A stretch of DNA of 60,471 nt, the filler included. It is 7 parts of 7 records of this genome, joined end to end, with 100 filler letters (N's around TTAATTAATTAA, not from the genome) between each part and the next. Parts side by side here need not be neighbours in the genome. Positions count along the whole stretch, not along the records: positions 47,126 to 52,905 come from SRR31147125_8749; positions 53,006 to 60,471 come from SRR31147125_8750; 5 more parts are not named here. One strand, given 5' to 3'. This document shows positions 51,340 to 60,471 of this stretch, piece after piece. Position 1 is the first letter of the stretch. Each line of letters opens with the position of its first letter. The notes beneath the pieces are model-generated. The model was not told the origin of the DNA, did not search any database, and saw only the letters and a program-made list of their open reading frames with translations. Both the position numbers and the translations under genes were made by a program.

Positions 51340-51690
51340 TTAAACTTTCCCTATTTTCGCTTTCTGATACTCCATTATCCATCTCACTTCATTTTTTAAT
51401 TCTACTGAGTCACAGTTTGCTATAAAAAATGAATATATATCAATAAACCTTTCCCTATTCTTGTCACTCATCTCATTTACTATTCTATTAACTATAAGTA
51501 GAGTTCGATTACTTGGATTTTTAACTATCAACCTTTTCATAAAATTATATATCAAATTTAATTCTTCATCATTAACCCCTGCAGCCTTTTGTTTTAAAAC
51601 AAGCTTATCTAATTCAAAAAAATAGTTGTCATCTTTTTCCAATGTTAAAATTTTTTTAAAAGTCCAAACAATATGTTCCATCCCCTTCAC
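51340..51690 (-). CDS. Hypothetical protein
   Basis: 116-codon ORF in AT-rich DNA, with RBS-like sequence and convergent terminator; start may be ATG 51681. Confidence 0.6.
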   Translation of the reverse strand: MKGMEHIVWTFKKILTLEKDDNYFFELDKLVLKQKAAGVNDEELNLIYNFMKRLIVKNPSNRTLLIVNRIVNEMSDKNRERFIDIYSFFIANCDSVELKNEVRWIMEYQKAKIGKV

Positions 51691-51952
51691 CTCTCTTTAA
51701 ACCCCTTTGAATTTGACATTATTAGTTTTATGTAAAAATAAAAAGTTGCTTTTCTCCAATAAAGTACTCTTAATTTATTCCAACACTTTTTGTTCTTTTA
51801 TTGTAACTTAGTTCTATAAAAGAACATATATGTTATTTTATCACTATTTTATAAAAAAAACAACACTTTTTAATGACAACTTCATACACTTATCATTAAA
51901 AAATGCTGTTATTAATATGTCCATACCAAATTTTGTATTTCTTTTTTTATAC

Positions 51953-51993
51953 AAATAAAAAATCTGATCTACAATAGATCAGATTTTTTATTT
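51953..51993 (-). terminator. Terminator after ftsH
   Basis: AAATAAAAAATCTGATCTA-CAA-TAGATCAGATTTTTTATTT. Confidence 0.8.
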
Positions 51994-52905
51994 TTAAATA
52001 TTTGATTGTTTTTTAATTCTCTCAATTGCATTAATATCATCAATATTAACTTTTTTGTCATCAATTTGAGGGAATCCAATTATTTTCTCTAACTCATCCG
52101 ACATAATTGTTTCCTTCTCAAATAAAAGTTTTGCTAATTTATCAAAGGTCTCAACATTATCACTTAATAGTTTTTTAGCTTGATAATATGCTTGGTTAAT
52201 TAGTTTCTGAATCTCTTCATCGACCTCTTTTGCAGTGGCTTCACTATAGATTCGTTGTTTAAACCAATCTCCTTCATTGGAATCATCAAGTAAAACAGGT
52301 CCAAATTTATTTGACATTCCTATTTTAGTAACCATAAATTGAGCAATCTTTGTCGCTCTCTCTATATCATTACCGGCACCTGTTGTAATATCTCCAAATA
52401 CCAATTCTTCAGCAGCTCTTCCAGCTAATAAAACTTGTAATTCCGATAAGTATTCATCTTTTGATTTACTAACTTTATCTTCACCAGGAAGTGCCATCAT
52501 ATACCCAAGAGCCCCTCCTCTAGGAACTATTGTTACTTTATGAACTGAATCTGTATGAGGAAGCAACCAGTTAACTAATGTATGCCCCATCTCATGATAC
52601 GCAGTATTAATCTTATCTTTATCAAGCATAACTTTCGATCTTTTTTCAGGACCATATGCTACTTTTTCACTTGCTTCTTCTAAATCAGCCATTGTAATTA
52701 GCATTCTATCATTTCTAGCTGCTAATATTGCTGCTTCATTTAATAAGTTTGCTAAGTCAGCACCAACAAATCCTGCTGTTTTCTTTGCTACAGTGTTAAA
52801 GTCAACATCGCTTGCGAACTTCTTGTTTCTAGCATGAACTTGAAGGATTGCTTCTCTTCCTTTTCTATCTGGTCTATCAACTATAACTGATCTATCAAAT
52901 CTTCC
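51994..52905 (-). CDS. ftsH: ATP-dependent zinc metalloprotease FtsH, 5' truncated
   Basis: GRFDR...GFVGADLANLLNEAA read from the contig edge; AYHEMGH, PRGGALG, GRAAEE, TTGAGND. Confidence 0.95.
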   Translation of the reverse strand, partial: GRFDRSVIVDRPDRKGREAILQVHARNKKFASDVDFNTVAKKTAGFVGADLANLLNEAAILAARNDRMLITMADLEEASEKVAYGPEKRSKVMLDKDKINTAYHEMGHTLVNWLLPHTDSVHKVTIVPRGGALGYMMALPGEDKVSKSKDEYLSELQVLLAGRAAEELVFGDITTGAGNDIERATKIAQFMVTKIGMSNKFGPVLLDDSNEGDWFKQRIYSEATAKEVDEEIQKLINQAYYQAKKLLSDNVETFDKLAKLLFEKETIMSDELEKIIGFPQIDDKKVNIDDINAIERIKKQSNI

Positions 52906-53005
52906 NNNNNNNNNNNNNNNNNNNNNNNNNNNNNNNNNNNNNNNNNNNNTTAATTAATTAANNNNNNNNNNNNNNNNNNNNNNNNNNNNNNNNNNNNNNN
53001 NNNNN
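52906..53005. other. Artificial contig spacer
   Basis: N44-TTAATTAATTAA-N44. Confidence 0.99.
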
Positions 53006-53916
53006 AAAACTGCAAGTACCTGTTCATAACTGTTTGTTAGGGTAAACAATACGTTGGCAGCAAACACAGCAAAAATGCCGCCTAAAAAACTACCAATAAC
53101 ATCAAGCCTGCCACCTGAGAATTTACTATTACCAAGTAGGGCGCCGATAATCGCAAAAGGTATCCAGGATAATACAGGATAATTATAGAATGTTAAAAAT
53201 GCCACAGCAGTTGACTGATTAATAATAATACCAGCTATACCGCAGATCAAGCCACTGATTAAATATGATTTTTCAATACTGCAATTGACATCAATACCTG
53301 CTTCCACAGCGGCAATACGTGATGAGCCTGTAGCTTTCAGATTTGTCCCTGACTTGCTATGTGCAAAAATGATACTCAGCAATAAACCAGCACCAGTTAA
53401 AATATAGAGTGCTGTATTATTGATTGCAGGTAGGGTATTATGAGCTAGGAAAATGTTGATGCTCTGATTATTATTAGCGAGAAGATAAATAATATAAAAG
53501 ATAATACTTGGTATTGCAAAGCTGCCGAAATATGCGGGGATATTTCTTTTTGTAATTATTTTTCCTGTAATATATCCTGTCAGAGCTGCGGCTAGAATAC
53601 CGCAAACTATGGCTATTTCATTAAAATATTCAAAAGTAATTATAGAGCTATATTTTGTATATATGAGATTAGCAATAACAAAACTTATAAAACAGGTAAC
53701 CGGTAATCCTAAATCAATATTTTTACCAGCCATTACCAAAGAACATGCTACAGCCAGTAAACCCATACCCAAAGCAGGATATATAATACTAGTTAGTTGG
53801 ATAGAAAAAAGTGCATAGGCTGCAGCAATCAAGACTAGTAAAACAATTTTATGAATAATAAATCCACCTCTGCTATTAGAGAATGGAGAAGGCTTCAAGT
53901 TTTCCGCTTGTGACAT
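53006..53916 (-). CDS. Sugar ABC permease (RbsC-like, divergent), 3' truncated
   Basis: Multiple TMs; NIDLG, IPAYF, ATGSSRIAAVEAGIDV (EAA-like loop), GALLG..FSGG. Confidence 0.75.
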
Positions 53917-55174
53917 ATTTAAAAATCTCCTCGTTGTTCCAGTTATCAGCTGCTCTTACAGCAGACAGTTCACCATTATAAATAATTGCAATTTCATCAC
54001 ACACATTCTGCAACTCTATAAATGAAGGAGTGTGTAGAATAATTGCTTTAGACGTTTTCTTTAGTTCTTCCAAGTATAAATAGAATTCTTTTTTATCTGT
54101 TGTATTCAATCCGAGAACGGGATTTAGAAGTACTATAATATTACCACAAAAAGCAGATATTTTATTTACTCTTGCAGAGAGCGGTAAATCGTATTCCCGG
54201 ATACCATTATAGATATGTATACCAGCTTTGACTGTCTTTACGGAAGACAATGATTTTGATTTGATATTATTTTTATTGGCTGTAAGTACTCCACCTTGCG
54301 CTTGCTGTCTGCCTGTAATGATGGCCAGAAACTCTTCCAGACCAGATCCTTTTAAACCGGTGATTCCACAGATTTTATTTTCTCGTATATTGATAGAGGC
54401 ATCTTTTAAAATACTTCCTTTTAGTCCAATCGCTTCCAGTACAACTTTTGCTTGCTTGATATGTTCAGTAACGGGGAAAATATCTTCATTATCTAATGTA
54501 TATAAAGTGTTGTTTATTTCATCTGGGGTAGAGTTGGTTTCAATAAACTTGCTATCTTTAAGCAGAAGGTGTCTATCTGCAAAGTGCATATTTTCAAAGA
54601 TTGCAGGTATGAATAGAACACTCTTACCAGCACTTTTAAGACTACGTAGAACTGCTGCGTAAGATTCTCTTTCACTTTTATCGAAAGCACTATCAATAGA
54701 ATCAAATAAGAACAATTCGGCATCACTGACTAAAGCTCTGGCAAGTAATAACAAAGAGTTTTGAGCAGCAGTAAGCATCTTGCACGAAGTGATGAGTGGT
54801 ATTTTATCCAGTCCTGTTAATGTAAGTGCATTTTGAATAGCATCTGTTTTCACAGTATTGGTTAGACCCAGGGTAAGATTCTCCTTAACAGTCAGGTCTT
54901 TAGCAACACAGGCATTATTAGTGATCATCAGGATGCCTTTTTTAAGGGCATCTTTTACATTTTTAATATATATAGGATTGCTTTTAAATTTAATCTCACC
55001 TTTATCTGGTTGAATATATCCAGCAAGGATACGGAGAAAGGTTTCTGCTTCAATCTTATTACCTGTTGATAGAGCTATAAGCTGATTATTTGGTATAGTT
55101 AAATTTATATCATGTAGAATAGCTTTGTTATTTATGCTTTTAGTAAGGTTACTAATTGTTAAAACTTCGGTCAT
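53876..55174 (-). CDS. Sugar ABC ATP-binding protein (RbsA-like, two NBDs) with degenerate motifs
   Basis: LTKS...ILAGYIQPDKGEI, LTVKENL, LARAL, second NBD GITGLKGSG; canonical Walker A absent. Confidence 0.75.
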   Translation of the reverse strand: MTEVLTISNLTKSINNKAILHDINLTIPNNQLIALSTGNKIEAETFLRILAGYIQPDKGEIKFKSNPIYIKNVKDALKKGILMITNNACVAKDLTVKENLTLGLTNTVKTDAIQNALTLTGLDKIPLITSCKMLTAAQNSLLLLARALVSDAELFLFDSIDSAFDKSERESYAAVLRSLKSAGKSVLFIPAIFENMHFADRHLLLKDSKFIETNSTPDEINNTLYTLDNEDIFPVTEHIKQAKVVLEAIGLKGSILKDASINIRENKICGITGLKGSGLEEFLAIITGRQQAQGGVLTANKNNIKSKSLSSVKTVKAGIHIYNGIREYDLPLSARVNKISAFCGNIIVLLNPVLGLNTTDKKEFYLYLEELKKTSKAIILHTPSFIELQNVCDEIAIIYNGELSAVRAADNWNNEEIFKYVTSGKLEAFSIL

Positions 55175-55271
55175 AATTTTCCTTCTTATCCGTCTATATT
55201 GAATATAGCATTTCCTGTGCAATAGTCAATTACAGGGCATTAAGACAAATAGTAATTGTTTAATAAATTTA

Positions 55272-58200
55272 TTAGCGGTCTGCTGTATAGCCTAATTCTC
55301 GAGCCTGTGCTTTATAATCTTCGGCTTTCTGGAGGTCAACTTCTACCCCTGTACCATTCTGATACATAAGTGAGAGTCTGATAAAGGCTCGTGGAATATT
55401 TCTTTCGGCTGCTTTTTCATACCAGTTCAAAGCTTTTTGCATATCACTCTCTATTCCCCAGCCATTCTGATACATAAGACCTAAATTCAGCATAGCATTG
55501 GCATAATCATTTTCTGCAGCTTCTGTATACCATTTTAAAGATTCAGCAGGATCTTTTTCAACCCCTTTGCCAAATCCATAGCATACTCCCAGACTATTCA
55601 TAGAAGCAACATTTCCTGCTTCAGCGGCTTTTCTGTAGAATTCTACAGCAGATGAATAATCCTTTTTACCATAATAATACACGTTGGCAATATTGTTCCA
55701 GGTATAAGATTTTACTTCATTATCAGCACTATCATATTCCAATACTTTATTATAATCATTGAGTGCCAGATCAAAGTTACTGATTCCTGCATAGGTATCG
55801 GCTCTGTTTATGCGTAATTGTGGGTTATTTCTATCAAGATCAATACCGTTGGAGTAAGCCTGAATTGCACTTTCAAATTTCTTTTGAGCTCGCAGGCGGT
55901 TACCTTCATCAAGCAACAGGCTTGCCTGATGCTGCATATCTTGTTCTGGGCTGAGTTCTTCTTCTGGATGCTCGGGAATTTCAATTTCCTTTTGCTTTGG
56001 TTTAAGACTGATAGTTTCCTGTAGGAGTTTCATTGCATCACGATTAACCGTATAACCTTCTATTTTCAGTGCTTCATTAAACATCGCTTCTGCAACCTCA
56101 TACTGCATTAGCTCCATCTGCCTCTTACCTTCACGTAATAGAGCTTCGAATTCTGCTCGGCGTCTTACTTCTTCCAGATCTGCATCTGCAGGTATGAGTC
56201 CATTCTGCAGTAATTCTTCATCAATGTTTCCTACCTCTGGAACAGGTTTATTTTGGGCACTTGCAGCAGCTTTGAGGCCAGACATAGCGTCAGGGTCTTC
56301 TTTAAAATCACTGAGACTTAGAATTACTCTAAATGTTTCTTCCGCTCTTATCCAGTTTTCTGATTCTAGCGCATCTCTTCCCTGCGTCATAAGTGCATTA
56401 TACTCTGCTCTTGCCTCTGCTGATACAGGAGGTTTACTCATAAGGTTTTCAGCATTTTGAATTGCCTTTACAGTTTCTGCATCTTTTGCATAACCAGGTA
56501 TCTTCAGAGCTAGATTGTAACTGTCTAGTGCTCCATTATAATTTCCAGCAGAGAGATATACATCACCGCTTGAAATTAGCTTGTCGAATATAGGTTTATT
56601 CTTTTCTCTTTTAAGCGCAAGAGCTTCTGGTGAATTGTCATGTTCTAATTGCATATTCTTAGCAGTATCAAGCATGGCAGCAGCAACAGCATCATCTGTA
56701 TAGCCATCCATGTTGAGGACAATTTCTAGCATTTGAATTGCCGCACCGTAATTATTATCGGCTAAGAACTGTTTTGATTGCTTGAGAGCCATATTGTAGC
56801 TGGCTACATCTCTGGTATCTCCATCGGCACCAATTTGAGGAAGATCATCTGGTGTGTTGATTGCATCATTTATAGCTTCAGAAATTTCTTTACCTATGGC
56901 AGCCAGTTTGCCTACATCACTCTCAATAATTGAATTATATAGATAGATAGCCTGCGGCCATTGTTCATCACGAAGAAGTGTTGTGGCATTACTTAAAATT
57001 GCAATATTATCTGAAGCGGTGGATTTACCGTTTTCATAAGCTTTTTTCTTTTCGGTGATAGCTGTTTTCAAGCCTGCGGCAGCATCACCCTGATCAGGAC
57101 TATCCGGTAATGCCAGAGCCAGACGGAAGGCCTGTTCAGCAATTTCCCATTCTTGAGCAGAAAGACTTTTTTCTGCTTCTGCAATTAGAGTATTATACTC
57201 TGCCATAAACTTGCTTGTTTTCGCTGGGGTGTTCTCTGGAACATCATTTTCAAAATCAATATCAAGCTCATCGTTATCTATAGTAGTATTAGAGTCAATA
57301 TTTTCGCTTGCCAGTTCGATAGAGTTTAAAATACGATCCAGTTCGGTATTACCTGAAGCTGCTGTTGCGGGCTCTTTTTCAATAATATTTTCTGTTATTT
57401 CGGTAGTAACTTCTTCTATAACAGGTTTGTTGACTGCAATTGTTGGAATTGCAGTAATACTATTTCTTGCAGTACTAATTTTTGCAGACAGTTTTTCTTC
57501 AGCTGCTGTGATAAGGCTGTTCAATTCATCAGAATCCTGATATCCATCAAGATAAGTCGCAAGCTTATAGACTCTGGCAGCGGCTGCATAATTATTGTTC
57601 TCAAGAAGTTTGCGTGCACTGTCTTTGATGCCAGCATACTGTTTTTCAAGTTCAAGCATATCTACATTTGTTGAGAGCTGTTCTTCAGGCAGCGGGATAA
57701 GTATCTTGGGTTTGGCAATAAGATATTTTGTATCTTTATTGGTTTTATCATTATATTTCTCAGACATTTCAAGCATCAGATTTTTGTTCTTTTTTACTCC
57801 TCGACCTCTGCGGTACATCTCTGCTACCTGACCCCAGGCAATTGGGAGAGTTTCGGTTTCTGCTGCTTGCATGAAATATTTAAAGGCTGTTTCGTAATTC
57901 CGTTTAATTCCATTTCCTTTATAATATGCCATGCCTAAATTAAAGAGAGCTTCAGGTTGACCAGTGTCTGCCGCCTGCTGGAAGTACTCAATAGCTTCAT
58001 CGTAATTCTTCTTTGTAGCAATGCCGTTCATCAGCATATACCCGAGATTATTCCATGCGACATTATTGTCGTCATCGCTTGCTTTTATGAAATAGTCATA
58101 CGCTTGCTGGTTGTCATAAAGATAAGAATTATCTTCATTCTCTAAATACATCCAGCCAATAGCAGCTTCACTATCGCCACGAACAATACTGTCAACTGTA

Positions 58201-60471
58201 GTATCTTCTAATTCTGAGAATGCAGTAAAGGCTTTCTCGTAATTTTTATTTTTAAAGAAAGCAATTGCTTTACCAATTTGTGCAGCTTCAAAGTTAGGTT
58301 CAATTTCCAGTGCCTGATTGAAATTACCAATTGCTCTGTCTGCATCTCCTGCTTCTAGATAAGCACTACCTCGTAAAATATAGGCATTAATCTGATTTGG
58401 CGCTTCCACAATTGCTCTACCGAAGTCACGTGCGGCATCTGCAGCGTTTTTATTAATTAGGTTTTCTTTGCCGGCATTGATATAATTATTATATTTCTCA
58501 GCTCGGGTAACAATTCGGTTGAGATCTTCCGCAAACATTATGCCTTGTCTAGCAAGTTCTGCATTGTCAAAACCTGGTATTAATAATGCGTCTCTAAAGG
58601 CTTTTTCGCTTTCAGGATAACTTTTACTAGCAATATTCTGCATACCTTTTAGTAACAGTGCATCATATTGTTCACGGTTGATTTTCTGTCTGTTCTGTTC
58701 TATTGCTGCTTTTCTGCCGTTTGCAGCCTCTTCACTCTGAGCATAACCCTCAATTTCCAGAGATTTACTGAATTCCTTTTCTGCCTCACTCCATAGACCA
58801 GCCGCTAAGTATGTATTAGCATTTTTGATATATGCGGCATACTGTGCTTTTAATTGTTGTTTTTCCAGTTCAATTGCAAGTCTTTCTTCTTCAAGCTTGC
58901 TGTTTAAAGTGTTTTGCTTGCCTGATAGAGCTTCGGGATTATTCTGATAATCCGGGACTTTGAGTGCAGCATCATAGGCAGCAACTGCTTCATCCCATCT
59001 TTTTTGAGAAAATAATTTTTCAGCTTCTGCCATAGCAGCATTATACTGTGCCAGGCGATTACGTTTTTCAGCCTCAGCTTCAGCTTTTTTCTTTTCGATT
59101 TGAATAATGGTTTCTTCAGCAATTCTTTTGCCATTCAAGGCATCTGGATGATTTTCATACCCTTCAATACTGAGAGCCCATGCAAATTTTATTATGGCAT
59201 CATGGAAATTGCCTGCAGCAAGTAAGCTGTTGGCTTCATCAAAGGTGGTGTCAAATTGAATTTGTTTTATCTCTTCAAGGATCTTATCTGTTCGTGGATC
59301 TTCATTATATCCCGGAATATTTTTTGCATTGATGATTGTGATCTGAGCTTCTTCAAGATTATTCTCTGTAAGTAGTTCACCAGCTTTCAGCAGGTGGTTT
59401 TCAAAATCATTGCGTTGTTGCTCTTTTATGTCTGCAACCTGTAGCAAATCTCCAGCTTCTATAGTATTTTTTAAGTTAACGGCATTATTGTACTCAACAA
59501 TAGCTAAGGCATAATTTTTAGCTTTCATTGCTTCATTACCAGCTATTATAGCAGTCTGATATTCTTCTTCGATCAGTTTCTGCTTTTCTATTTCAGGATC
59601 AATTGCCGGAGTCTCTGTTTCTATTACTTCTTTTTCCTGAGGCTCCTCTCTGGTTATTGTTGGAATATTGATATCATTGTTTTCTTCTTCTTGAATGACT
59701 TCGACAATATCATTGATAGCAGCTTCTTTTTCGGCAGTAATACTTTCAGCTTCTTCAGCAATGACCGTATCTTCTGCGGTTTTCTCTTCAGCTATATCTT
59801 TTTCTTCAGTTAACGAAATATCATTCTGTTCTTTTTCTGCAATTTGTATTTCATTCTCAGCCTCAGCGTTGTTGCTATTTTTTTCTTTTTGATTATTTAA
59901 AAAGATATAGCTACCGCCTGCCAGGCCAGCAATTACAGCAGCGGCAATAAGCATTTTTTCCAGACCTGTGAGCTGGTTTTATTGAGATTTGCTGAAATAT
60001 CATCAATATTAGGAATTTCAGGCTCATTGAATGGCTGTGGCAGGTCTTCTGCTTTGAGCTTTTTCTGTACTGGTATATCATTAATATTACTGGCAATATC
60101 TGTTAACGGATTATTATCAGTTTTTGGAGCAGGTTTTTCAGTAATATTGGGAGCTTGTTCTACATTTTCCTCTGTTTTATCTGCTGCAGCGTTTGGCGGA
60201 GTCTCTTCCAGCAATGCTAGTGCTTTAGGATTATTGCCGTCTCTGCAGGCTTCAAGATCTTCAATAAATTCAGCTACATTCAGGTAGCGCTTAGCAGTAT
60301 CACTATGGATAGCTTTTAAAATAATAGCTTTTAAATTGACAGGGATATTTTCAAATGAGTTGTCGTTTAATGCCTTATTTCCAGTTTTACATTCTTCAAG
60401 AATATCAAATAGAGTTCTAAAGCTATGCCATGGGTGTTGGCCTGAAAGGTAAAAATATAAAAGGCACCCCA
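55272..60471 (-). CDS. Giant Ser/Thr kinase - TM - TPR/Sel1 protein, 5' truncated, frameshift at 59954-59959
   Basis: From the window edge: GCLLYFYLSGQHPW...IPVNLKAIILKAIHSDTAKRYLNVAEFIEDL (kinase subdomains IX-XI), open into ORF 59933..60214; one extra A joins VWKK-MLIAAAVIAG (TM) and the 1560-aa TPR/Sel1 ORF. Confidence 0.8.

Noticed and set aside
51821-51835. LexA/SOS box
   Set aside because: GAAC-N6-GTTA does not fit the GAAC-N4-GTTC consensus

Overview
This window is not one locus. It is seven unrelated contigs joined by artificial 100-nt spacers (N44-TTAATTAATTAA-N44), probably from a metagenome. (1) 1-6136: Bacteroidota-like glycan locus with a GH43 fragment, two GH92 alpha-mannosidases and a secreted Gfo/Idh/MocA oxidoreductase. 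(2) 6237-23976: sugar-acid kinase; Cys-rich protein/CPBP protease/acyltransferase operon; a FabX/UfaA-like flavoprotein preceded by a cobalamin riboswitch and leader terminator; a secreted tautomerase-like protein; holA; an orphan flagellin; a Sel1 protein; tandem MCPs; DsrE; DUF4867; HD-GYP. (3) 24077-30507: tRNA 3' end, MltD-like transglycosylase, heptose kinase and a giant atypical GlmS. (4) 30608-41310: an FCB-type operon encoding a TonB-dependent receptor, a large T9SS-like cargo, a PorV/PorQ barrel, a C-type lectin lipoprotein and a foldase-like lipoprotein. (5) 41411-47025: TPR, DUF4175-like and DUF4159 genes plus a small secreted protein ending in TWGSIKAMFR. (6) 47126-52905: low-GC pdxJ-thioesterase-khpA-rimM-trmD-SPOUT operon and partial ftsH. 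(7) 53006-60471: a giant Ser/Thr kinase-TM-TPR/Sel1 protein upstream of a degenerate sugar ABC ATPase and permease. Seven genes carry single-base frameshifts at homopolymers, most likely sequencing errors. No CRISPR array, rRNA or transposase was seen. The best novelty candidates are the B12-riboswitch-controlled FabX-like gene, the SusD-less TBDR/T9SS-cargo/PorV module, the TWGxIK C-terminal motif and the GlmS with an internal Cys48. All family and taxon calls come from motif recognition by eye; no database search was run.
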